Positions 12,083 through 19,487 of a stretch of 64,000 bases of DNA are shown one piece after another (the stretch's first letter is position 1; each line of letters begins with the position of its first letter). A program made the translations under genes and the position numbers. Under the pieces are notes generated by a model. The model ran no database searches. It was not told where the DNA came from and saw nothing but the letters and a program-made list of their open reading frames with translations. This stretch comes from Clostridia bacterium (lineage in GTDB: Bacteria > Bacillota > Clostridia > Christensenellales > Aristaeellaceae), in contig JAFWQU010000023.1 of assembly GCA_017508975.1 (NCBI GenBank), positions 16,075-80,074 on the forward strand. Reading direction: 5' to 3'.

Positions 12083-12147
12083 GCGCATGCGCCCGAAGGT
12101 CCAGGGCGATCGGAAAGCCTTGGTCGCGCCCGCAGGCGCGAAATCCC
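12083..12147 (-). repeat. RPT-A copy 3 (core 12093-12145), reverse orientation
   Basis: The plus strand reads CCGAAGGTCCAGGGCGATCGGAAAGCCTTGGTCGCGCCCGCAGGCGCGAAATC. Hairpin 2 has one G-T pair on this strand. Confidence 0.95.
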
Positions 12148-12254
12148 CCGCTATGGTTTGACAATCCTGCCGGGGAATAAGGATAAGACGGAATGGGATG
12201 GCCCATTATACCGCCTGTGGCAGAGTTTGGCAATCAAAAAGTGCATCGGGGGGC

Positions 12255-12283
12255 TTGACATTGGGGAAGGGCGGTGCTATACT
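12255..12283 (+). promoter_or_regulatory. Near-consensus sigma-A promoter (TTGACA-17 nt-TATACT) for the HMA/P-type ATPase genes
   Basis: TTGACA at 12255-12260, a 17-nt spacer, and TATACT at 12278-12283. Confidence 0.7.
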
Positions 12284-12290
12284 GCAAGCA

Positions 12291-12314
12291 TCATATGAAT
12301 GATTGTTCATATGA
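12291..12314. promoter_or_regulatory. Perfect 9-6-9 inverted repeat, candidate metalloregulator (ArsR/SmtB-like) operator
   Basis: TCATATGAA-tgattg-TTCATATGA lies immediately downstream of the -10 box and upstream of the metal-transport genes. Confidence 0.5.
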
Positions 12315-12335
12315 TAATAAGTCGAGCGGAGGGAC

Positions 12336-12560
12336 ATGACCATGAAAAAGACCTATGCCATTGATGTCGACTGCGCAAACTGTGCCAACAAGATGGAGCA
12401 GGCCGCCTGCGGGACGCCCGGCGTGGCGAAGGCGGTGGTGAATTTCATGACGCTGAAGATGACGGTGGAGTTTGCCGAGGGCGCGCAGCCGGCGGAGGTC
12501 ATGCGCGAGGTGCTGGCCCGCTGCCGCAAGGTGGAGCCCGACTGCGACATCCGGCTGTGA
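12336..12560 (+). CDS. Stand-alone heavy-metal-associated (HMA) domain protein
   Basis: ORF 74 aa with YAIDVDCANCANKMEQA (a CxxC metal site in a ferredoxin-like HMA fold). It ends with a TGA 16 nt before the ATPase start, in a different frame. Confidence 0.75.
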   Translation: MTMKKTYAIDVDCANCANKMEQAACGTPGVAKAVVNFMTLKMTVEFAEGAQPAEVMREVLARCRKVEPDCDIRL

Positions 12561-12576
12561 GGCGGAGGGCTTTTCC

Positions 12577-14442
12577 ATGAACCGCAGACAGAAAAACACG
12601 CTGGTCCGGATTATTGTCTCCGCGATGCTGCTGGCCGTCGTACACTTCCTGCCCCTGGACGGCTGGGTCAAGCTGGCAGCGTACCTGGTGCCGTACGGGA
12701 TCATCGGACATGACATCCTGCGCAAGGCGTGGAAGGGCATCCGCAACCGGCAGCCCTTCGACGAGTGCTTCCTGATGGCCTTCGCGACGCTGGGCGCGCT
12801 GGCGCTGGGACGGCTGAAGACCGGGGACTACGACGAGGCCGTGGCGGTCATGCTGTTCTACCAGATCGGCGAGTGGTTCCAGTCGATGGCGGTGGACAAG
12901 AGCCGCCGCTCGATCACTGATCTGATGAACATCCGGCCAGACAGCGCGAACCTGGAGGACGCGGAGGGCCGCTGCACCGCTGTGGACCCGGACGAGGTGC
13001 CGGTGGGTTCAATCGTGCAGGTCAACCCCGGCGACCGGATCCCGATCGACGGCGTTGTCCGCAGCGGCAGCGCGGCGCTGGATACGGCGGCGCTCACCGG
13101 CGAGAGCCTGCCCCGGGAGGCCGAGGAGGGCGACGAGGTGCTCTCCGGCTGCGTGTGCCTGACGGGCTTTCTGCGGATCGAGACGACCCGGGAGGCCGGG
13201 GATTCCACCGCGGCGCGCGTGATGGAGATGGTCGAGAACGCCTCCTCCCGCAAGAGCCGCAGCGAGGCCTTCATCAGCCGCTTCGCGCGGGTCTACACCC
13301 CCGCGGTGGTGTTCGGCGCGCTGGCGCTGGCGCTGCTGGGGCCCGCGGTGCGGCTGCTGATGGGCCTGACGCCCGAGTGGGGCGACTGGTTCATGCGGGC
13401 GCTGACCTTCCTGGTGATCTCCTGCCCCTGCGCGCTGGTGATCTCGATCCCGCTGACGTTTTTTGCGGCGATCGGGCGGGCGAGCCGCGCGGGTGTGCTG
13501 GTCAAGGGCTCCAACTACCTGGAGGCGCTGGCCAACACCCGGCTGATCGCCTTTGACAAGACCGGCACCGTGACCCAGGGCGTGTTCGAGGTGGCCGGCG
13601 TGCACCATGCCGTGCTGCCCACGGAGAAGATCCTGGAGCTGGCGGCGCTGGCGGAATCGCACTCCGGCCATCCGATCAGCCAGAGTCTGCAGAAGGCCTG
13701 CGGGAAGGAGCTGGATCCCCTGCGGGTGACCGAGGTGGAGGAGCTGGCGGGCGAGGGCGTGATCGCCCGCGTCGACGGGCGGCAGGTGGCCTGCGGCAAC
13801 GAGCGCCTGATGGCCCGGCTGGGGATCTCCGCGGAACCGTGCCGGAGCGTAGGCACCGTGGTGCACGTGGCGCTGGACGGCGCCTACGCCGGCCATATCC
13901 TGATCGCGGACAAGCTGAAGCCCACCGCGCGGGAGGCGCTGGACCAGCTGCGCGCCTGCGGCGTGCGGAAGACCGTGATGCTGACCGGCGACCGCGAGGA
14001 GGCGGCCCGGGAGGCGGCGCGGGACCTGGGCGTGGACGAGCTGTACGCGGGTCTGCTCCCGGTGGACAAGGTGGCGAAGGTTGAGGCGCTGCTGGAGGAG
14101 AAGCGTCCCCATGAGGCCCTGGGATTCGTGGGCGACGGCCTGAATGACGCGCCGGTGCTCTCCCGCGCGGACATCGGCATCGCCATGGGCGCGCTGGGCT
14201 CCGACGCGGCGATCGAGGCGGCGGACGTGGTTCTGATGGACGACGACCCCCTGCGGATCTCGACGGCGATCCGTCTGGCGCGGCGCTGCATGCGCATCGT
14301 GCGGGAAAACATCGCCTTCGCCATCGGCGTGAAGCTCATCTGCCTGCTCCTGGGCGCGCTGGGAATCGGCTCCATGTGGCTTGCGATCTTCGCCGACGTG
14401 GGCGTGATGGTGCTGGCGGTGCTCAACGCGATCCGCGTCTGA
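12577..14442 (+). CDS. Heavy-metal (Cd/Zn/Co-type) translocating P1B-type ATPase lacking an N-terminal HMA domain
   Basis: This lies within ORF 12472..14442. I set the start at ATG 12577 (MNRRQKNTLVRII...) with a GGAGGG RBS. Motifs are SCPCALVIS (CPC), FDKTGTVT, MLTGD and VGDGLNDAPVL. Confidence 0.9.
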   Translation: MNRRQKNTLVRIIVSAMLLAVVHFLPLDGWVKLAAYLVPYGIIGHDILRKAWKGIRNRQPFDECFLMAFATLGALALGRLKTGDYDEAVAVMLFYQIGEWFQSMAVDKSRRSITDLMNIRPDSANLEDAEGRCTAVDPDEVPVGSIVQVNPGDRIPIDGVVRSGSAALDTAALTGESLPREAEEGDEVLSGCVCLTGFLRIETTREAGDSTAARVMEMVENASSRKSRSEAFISRFARVYTPAVVFGALALALLGPAVRLLMGLTPEWGDWFMRALTFLVISCPCALVISIPLTFFAAIGRASRAGVLVKGSNYLEALANTRLIAFDKTGTVTQGVFEVAGVHHAVLPTEKILELAALAESHSGHPISQSLQKACGKELDPLRVTEVEELAGEGVIARVDGRQVACGNERLMARLGISAEPCRSVGTVVHVALDGAYAGHILIADKLKPTAREALDQLRACGVRKTVMLTGDREEAAREAARDLGVDELYAGLLPVDKVAKVEALLEEKRPHEALGFVGDGLNDAPVLSRADIGIAMGALGSDAAIEAADVVLMDDDPLRISTAIRLARRCMRIVRENIAFAIGVKLICLLLGALGIGSMWLAIFADVGVMVLAVLNAIRV

Positions 14443-14529
14443 GGGCCTCCAAAGGGCATAAAAACAGAACTTTTGCCGCCGAATTCGAAAAAAAGATTGA
14501 AAGCAGGCTGTTTTCCGCTTGAAAAACTG

Positions 14530-14558
14530 TTGCATTAACCGCTGGAATGGGCTATAAT
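14530..14558 (+). promoter_or_regulatory. Sigma-A promoter for hup (TTGCAT-17 nt-TATAAT)
   Basis: TTGCAT at 14530-14535 and TATAAT at 14553-14558. Confidence 0.65.
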
Positions 14559-14607
14559 AGCGTCAGAGGCGAAAGCCCCCAGAACAATTTCAGAAAGGAT
14601 GCGTAAC

Positions 14608-14907
14608 ATGAACAAGCAGGAACTGATCGAGAAGGTTTCCTCGAAGGCTGAAATCACCAAGGCGGAGGCCGCTAAGGTCGTCAGCGCTACCCTGGAGAGC
14701 ATCACTGAGGGCCTCGTGGCCGACAAAAAGGTGATCCTGGTTGGCTTTGGCACGTTTGAGGTTCGTGAGCGCGCTGCCCGCGAGGGCCGCAATCCCCGCA
14801 CCGGCGACAAGATCAAGATCGCCGCGACCAAGGTGCCCGCTTTCAAGCCCGGCAAGGACATGAAGGAAGCCGTCAACGTGAAGAAGGGCAAGAAGGCCAA
14901 GAAGTAA
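14608..14907 (+). CDS. hup: HU family DNA-binding protein with a short Lys-rich C-terminal tail
   Basis: ORF track 14599..14907. MNKQELIEKVSSKAEITKAEA...GFGTFEVRERAAREGRNPRTGDKIKI is canonical HU. ATG 14608 has better RBS spacing (GAAAGGA). The tail is NVKKGKKAKK. Confidence 0.93.
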   Translation: MNKQELIEKVSSKAEITKAEAAKVVSATLESITEGLVADKKVILVGFGTFEVRERAAREGRNPRTGDKIKIAATKVPAFKPGKDMKEAVNVKKGKKAKK

Positions 14908-14922
14908 TTCATTTGCAAAGCA

Positions 14923-14951
14923 AACGCCGTCCGCTGCGGACGGCGTTTTTC
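14923..14951 (+). terminator. Rho-independent terminator of hup
   Basis: AACGCCGTCCG-ctg-CGGACGGCGTT followed by TTTT. Confidence 0.85.
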
Positions 14952-14976
14952 GGTGCGTCAGAAGCATATCAAACGG

Positions 14977-15060
14977 ATGCTTATCGTCAACAGTGAGATT
15001 TCGCGGCCTGCGGGCCGCGACCAGGGCTTTCCGATCGCCCTGGACCTTTGGTTACATGCC
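14977..15060 (+). repeat. RPT-A copy 4 (core 14995-15051)
   Basis: Full core, ending CCTTTGG instead of CCTTCGG. It lies between the hup terminator and the stop of the 15147 gene. Confidence 0.95.
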
Positions 15061-15146
15061 TTTTCTTGATTTGCAGTTATTACCTGAGAGTAGTATCAGT
15101 ACGAATTCCAGTTTGCCTGGCCAAATGATAAACGGAAACCCGGAAG

Positions 15147-15560
15147 TCAGGCGTATACGAGCCCTTGAGACTTACTCTGAAGCGCCGGATCCTGCATGAT
15201 CCGCAGGAGTGTCCAGTCGGCCATCTCAACGGTTCCCTCGAACTCATTATATCTTGGATTGGCAATGACGAGGATGGCTCCTTCCTGAGGGCATTCATCA
15301 CTCATAAAGTTGATAATCATGCTGTCTTCACCGTTGCCGGAAAACAGATTGATGGTTCCGGTCTCATCTGCCGCAACAGCGAGGACCGGATTGAGAATCT
15401 GTGTGATTTTCAGGAGCAGCATGCAGTTGCCGCATTCTCCTCTCGCATCCAGCCATTCCAGAATCGTGACGAATTTCGGGCTTTCTTCGGCTTGAGCAAA
15501 GCATAAAACTGAAATGAGAACAAGGACAATGGAAAGCGTCCGTGCGATGGTCTTCTTCAT
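15147..15560 (-). CDS. Small secreted hypothetical protein
   Basis: ORF 137 aa with a signal peptide (MKKTIARTLSIVLVLISVLCFAQAEE) and a GGAG RBS. GC is visibly lower than in the surrounding genes. Confidence 0.6.
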   Translation of the reverse strand: MKKTIARTLSIVLVLISVLCFAQAEESPKFVTILEWLDARGECGNCMLLLKITQILNPVLAVAADETGTINLFSGNGEDSMIINFMSDECPQEGAILVIANPRYNEFEGTVEMADWTLLRIMQDPALQSKSQGLVYA

Positions 15561-15676
15561 TGGGGTTCAACTCCTTTCGTTTTGTGCAATCCCGCTAAAG
15601 CGGAGTATCAGGAGAGTTTCATAGCGGTTTTTCTTCCGACATTTCTTTGCATCGGATATCCTGACAAACCGGACGC

Positions 15677-16177
15677 TTATGTATCTATCCAGATCAGGAA
15701 CCGTTCATCTGTCCTGTCGGTAACAATACCACCGTTCGCGAAGGCCACAGCCTGGGATGCCGTGTTATTCAGGCGAATGGTTAGCAGGACTTTTTTGATT
15801 CCCATTTCATTTGCTTTCTGCAGCAGGAGCCTGAGGAGCTCTTTTCCGTATCCTTTTCCACGGTAAGCAGGAGCAATGGCGTACCCGATATGGCCGCCCG
15901 CCTTTCGCAGCGCGTCCGTCAGGTGATGTCTCAGTTTTCCGAAGCCGACAGGGGTGCCGTCCGCATAGAGCCAGTAGGTCGTCGTGGGCACTTTCCAGCC
16001 GTCCTGGATTCCCTCCCGAAGGGATTCCTGATGCCTGGCAGCCAGCCATTCCTTATATGCCTCGTAAGACATACCGTTTGCATGGTTTCCGAAACCGTTT
16101 TCTTCCTTAGGAATCTCCTGAAGCATTTGGAAGATTTCGGGTCCGTCATCCACGGACAGTCTTCTTAATTCCAGCAT
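15677..16177 (-). CDS. GNAT family N-acetyltransferase
   Basis: This is the C-terminal 166 aa of ORF 15677..16411, starting MLELRRLSVDDGPEIF. It carries the acetyl-CoA motif YRGKGYGKELL. The upstream part of the long ORF is out of character. Confidence 0.8.
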   Translation of the reverse strand: MLELRRLSVDDGPEIFQMLQEIPKEENGFGNHANGMSYEAYKEWLAARHQESLREGIQDGWKVPTTTYWLYADGTPVGFGKLRHHLTDALRKAGGHIGYAIAPAYRGKGYGKELLRLLLQKANEMGIKKVLLTIRLNNTASQAVAFANGGIVTDRTDERFLIWIDT

Positions 16178-16232
16178 TGTTTTTTCCTCTCTGTAGCATA
16201 TACCACCCGAGCCTGCCGAAAAGCAGACCGCG

Positions 16233-16895
16233 TCAGCCGCGCAGAATCCGGCGCAGGTCGCCGGGGTCGGCCCAGGACAGCCAAGGCTGCAGGCGCTCCA
16301 GCAGGCGCTCAAGGGACTCCTCCGGCTTGCGGCGGAAGGCCTCGTCGAGGTATTCCGCGCCGAACCACTTCTCGGGGGTGGTGAGCAGGGCGTTGCCCCA
16401 GCCGTAGGCATGCCCGTAGCGGTCGAGGTCGTAGACGAAGTCCTGGTTGATGATGAAGGTCTGCATCTGCAGGTGGGTCAGCGCGGTGTCGAACCCCTTG
16501 GAGAAGCCGCACTCCCGTCGGGCGACTTTGGATACCGCCGGGGCGTGCTCCTCCAGCCAGGCCATCAGGAGCTTTTCCCGGTATGGCACGAGGCCGTCCT
16601 CGCAGCGGCCTTCGAAGTCGTAGCCGTCGCGGCGCAGGTTCGCCAGGTCCGGGAAGCAGTCCAGGCTCACCCAGGCGTTCTTGCCCGCGATGAAGCGGCC
16701 GTAGACATTCCGCTTGTCCTTGGCGAGGCGGCCCTTCCACTCCCAGGGTCCGTCCGCGGACGTGAACCAGACGTCCGGCCGGATATGCTCCTCCAGCGAC
16801 CAGCCGGGAATCCGGTTGCGGAAAAAGGGCAGAATGCCGATCTGATTGACCAGCTCCTCCAGGTCCCCAATATGCGAAACTGTCCACCAGCCCAT
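16233..16895 (-). CDS. Hypothetical protein, possibly an AlkZ-related winged-helix protein
   Basis: This is the last 220 aa of the 1676-aa ORF 16233..21263, starting MGWWTVSHIGDLEELVNQIGILPFF with a GGGAGGTGA RBS. The rest of that ORF is antisense to fprA/hisS/aspS. The family assignment is from memory of similar N-termini and is weak. Confidence 0.5.
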   Translation of the reverse strand: MGWWTVSHIGDLEELVNQIGILPFFRNRIPGWSLEEHIRPDVWFTSADGPWEWKGRLAKDKRNVYGRFIAGKNAWVSLDCFPDLANLRRDGYDFEGRCEDGLVPYREKLLMAWLEEHAPAVSKVARRECGFSKGFDTALTHLQMQTFIINQDFVYDLDRYGHAYGWGNALLTTPEKWFGAEYLDEAFRRKPEESLERLLERLQPWLSWADPGDLRRILRG

Positions 16896-16974
16896 GCCGG
16901 TCACCTCCCGCTCCCCACTGTAGCACGCGGGGCGGGGATTGTCAAAGGCGGCGGCGGTTTTTTTGCTTCGGCGC

Positions 16975-17003
16975 TGTACAACCCCCGGGGAATCGTGTAT
17001 AAT
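16975..17003 (+). promoter_or_regulatory. Candidate promoter for fprA-hisS-aspS (TGTACA-17 nt-TATAAT)
   Basis: TATAAT at 16998-17003, with a weak -35 TGTACA at 16975-16980. Confidence 0.4.
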
Positions 17004-17036
17004 CACGATTGCAAATCTTGCAGAGGAGGAAGTTCC

Positions 17037-18194
17037 GTGCTGAGTGAGAACATTCGTTGGGTCGGCGTGCACGACCATGAGATCGACCTGTTCGAGGGAC
17101 AGTATGAGGTGCCGTCCGGCATGAGCTATCACAGCTGGGTGATCCTGGACGAGCAGGTGTGTGTGATGGACACGGTGGACCGCCGCTTTTCCGGGGAATA
17201 CCTGGGCAAGGTCGCGGACGCGCTGGGAGACCGGACGCCGGACTACCTGGTCGTGTCCCATGTGGAGCCGGACCACGCCTCCTCCGTGCAGGCCTTCCTC
17301 GACCGCTGGCCGGACGTCACGCTGGTGGGGAACGCCAAGACCTTCCAGATGCTGGAGAACTATTTCGTCCTGGGCGAGACCAAGCGCCGCGTGGTGAAGG
17401 AGGGCGACACCCTCCCGCTGGGCAGCCATACCCTGCGCTTCGTGCTGGCGCCTATGGTGCACTGGCCCGAGGTCATGATGAGCTATGAGGAGTCCGAGAA
17501 GCTGCTGTTCAGCGCGGACGCCTTCGGACAGTTCGGCGCAGCGGACGTCATGCCCGCGTGGGACGACGACGAGGCGCGGCGCTACTACCTGAACATTGTC
17601 GGCAAGTACGGCCCGCAGGTGCAGGGCGTGCTGAAGAAGGCCGCCGGGCTCGCAATCGACGCGATCCTCCCGCTGCACGGCCCGCAGACGCTGACGGACG
17701 CGATCCCCCACGCGCTGGAGAAGTACCAGATCTGGGCCTCCTACGCCGTGGAGGACGAGGGCGTGCTGGTTGCCTACGCCTCGCTGCACGGCAACACCGC
17801 CGCCGCGGCGGAGAAACTGGCGGACCTGCTGGACCAGAAGGGCTGCCCGGACGTGGTGCTGGCGGACTTGGCCCGGGTGGACATGGCCGAGGCGCTGGCC
17901 TGCGCTTTCCGCTACGGCAAAGTCGTCCTGTGCGCCTCCACCTACAACGCGGGCATCATGCCCTTCATGGAGGACTTCCTGCACCATCTGAAGGCCAAGA
18001 ACTGGCAGAAGCGCACCGTCGGCCTGGTGGAGAACGGCTCCTGGGCCCCGATGGCGGCGAAGGGCATGCGGGAACTGCTCGGCGGCATGAAGGAAATCAC
18101 GGTGATTGAACCGCAGGTGACGATCAAGGGCGCCCCCAAGACGAGCGATCTGCCAGCCCTGGAAGCGCTGGCGGAGAGCCTGCTGCAGGCATAA
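17037..18194 (+). CDS. fprA: FprA family A-type flavoprotein (flavodiiron protein)
   Basis: This lies within ORF 16410..18194. I set a GTG start at 17037 after an AGGAGGAA RBS. It has the di-iron motif VVSHVEPDH in a metallo-beta-lactamase-like domain, plus a C-terminal flavodoxin-like domain (VAYASLHGNTAAAAEKL). Confidence 0.85.
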   Translation: MLSENIRWVGVHDHEIDLFEGQYEVPSGMSYHSWVILDEQVCVMDTVDRRFSGEYLGKVADALGDRTPDYLVVSHVEPDHASSVQAFLDRWPDVTLVGNAKTFQMLENYFVLGETKRRVVKEGDTLPLGSHTLRFVLAPMVHWPEVMMSYEESEKLLFSADAFGQFGAADVMPAWDDDEARRYYLNIVGKYGPQVQGVLKKAAGLAIDAILPLHGPQTLTDAIPHALEKYQIWASYAVEDEGVLVAYASLHGNTAAAAEKLADLLDQKGCPDVVLADLARVDMAEALACAFRYGKVVLCASTYNAGIMPFMEDFLHHLKAKNWQKRTVGLVENGSWAPMAAKGMRELLGGMKEITVIEPQVTIKGAPKTSDLPALEALAESLLQA

Positions 18195-18209
18195 AGGAGA
18201 AAAAGAATT

Positions 18210-19484
18210 ATGATGCTGACACAAGCGCCGCGCGGGACGCGCGATGTGCTGCCGGCGGAGAGCTATCGCTGGCAATATCTGGAGAGCAAAATGCGGACGG
18301 CCGCGGCGGAGGCGGGCTACCGGGAGGTTCGGACGCCGGTCTTCGAGCACACGGAGCTGTTTCTGCGCGGCGTGGGCGATACCACGGACATCGTGCAGAA
18401 GGAGATGTACACCTTCAAGGACAAGGGCGACCGCTCCATCACGCTGAAGCCCGAGGGCACGGCGGGCGCGGTGCGCTGCCTGCTGGAGCACAACCTCTAT
18501 GCGGACGCGCTGCCCTGCAAAATGTATTATCTGGACGCGCCGATCTTCCGCTATGAGGCGCCGCAGTCCGGCCGCCTGCGGGAGCACCACCAGTTCGGCA
18601 TGGAGTGCTTCGGCGCGGCGGACGCCACGGTGGACGCGGAGCTGATCCTGCTGGCCTATCGGCTGCTGAGCGGCCTGGGCGTCAGCAACCTCTCCGTGAA
18701 CATCAACTCCATCGGCTGCCCGAAGTGCCGTCCCGCCTATCACGCAAAGCTCAAGGAGTTCCTTGCGGGCAAAGTGGAAAACCTCTGCGCGGACTGCAAA
18801 AACCGCTTCGAGCGCAACCCGCTGCGGGTGCTGGACTGCAAGGTGCCCTCCTGCCAGGAGCAGGTGAAGGACGCCCCGAGCATGCTGGACTGCCTGTGCG
18901 ACGAGTGCCGCGCGCACTTTGAAAAGCTGCAGGCCTGCCTGAAGACCGCCGGCATCCCCTACGCGATCGACAGCCGTATCGTCCGCGGCCTGGACTACTA
19001 CACCAAGACGGTCTTTGAGCTGATCACGAAGACGCCCCAGGGCAACCTGACCGTCTGCGGCGGCGGCCGCTATGACAACCTGGTGGAGCAGCTGGGCGGC
19101 GATCCGCTGCCCGCCGTGGGCTTCGGCATGGGCCTGGAGCGCGTGCTGATGCTGCTGGACGGCGAGGGCATCGCCATCCCCGAGCCCCGGCAGTACGACG
19201 TGTTCGTCACCTTCATGGGCGAGAACGACCTGAAAGCCTTTGCCCTGGTGGAGGCTCTCCGCGCCGCCGGGCTCAAGGCCGACATGGACCACTGCGGCCG
19301 CAGCCTGAAAGCCCAGTTCAAGTATGCCAACAAGATCGCCGCCGCCCTCACCGCCACCATCGGCGACGAGGAGGCCGCCTCCGGCATCGTAAAGCTCAAG
19401 AACATGAGCACCCGTGAGGAGCGGATGGTGAAGACGGAGGACGCGGCGGAGACAGTCCGGGATATGATGAAGGGGGAGGACTAA
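18210..19484 (+). CDS. hisS: Histidine--tRNA ligase
   Basis: ORF 424 aa with the class II aaRS motifs typical of HisRS (RGTRDVLP, FRYEAPQSGRLREHHQFG, GGGRYD). Confidence 0.95.
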   Translation: MMLTQAPRGTRDVLPAESYRWQYLESKMRTAAAEAGYREVRTPVFEHTELFLRGVGDTTDIVQKEMYTFKDKGDRSITLKPEGTAGAVRCLLEHNLYADALPCKMYYLDAPIFRYEAPQSGRLREHHQFGMECFGAADATVDAELILLAYRLLSGLGVSNLSVNINSIGCPKCRPAYHAKLKEFLAGKVENLCADCKNRFERNPLRVLDCKVPSCQEQVKDAPSMLDCLCDECRAHFEKLQACLKTAGIPYAIDSRIVRGLDYYTKTVFELITKTPQGNLTVCGGGRYDNLVEQLGGDPLPAVGFGMGLERVLMLLDGEGIAIPEPRQYDVFVTFMGENDLKAFALVEALRAAGLKADMDHCGRSLKAQFKYANKIAAALTATIGDEEAASGIVKLKNMSTREERMVKTEDAAETVRDMMKGED

Positions 19485-19487
19485 CCC

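Noticed and set aside
14993-15199. Recurrent peptide ...RFRGLRAATRAFRSPWTFG... (also ISRPAGRDQGFPIALDLR in another frame), seen in several small ORFs (14993, 22681-region, 27628, 40959, 46366-region).
   Set aside because: This is simply the translation of RPT-A. The copies occur in both orientations, lack consistent starts and RBSs, and vary by paired stem indels that would shift the reading frame. Conservation is therefore at the nucleotide and structure level.
18195-18209. Expected T-box riboswitch upstream of hisS-aspS, and likewise upstream of glnS/gltX and metA (S-box).
   Set aside because: The intergenic gaps are only 15-65 nt, too short for these leaders, and no specifier or T-box or S-box motifs are visible.
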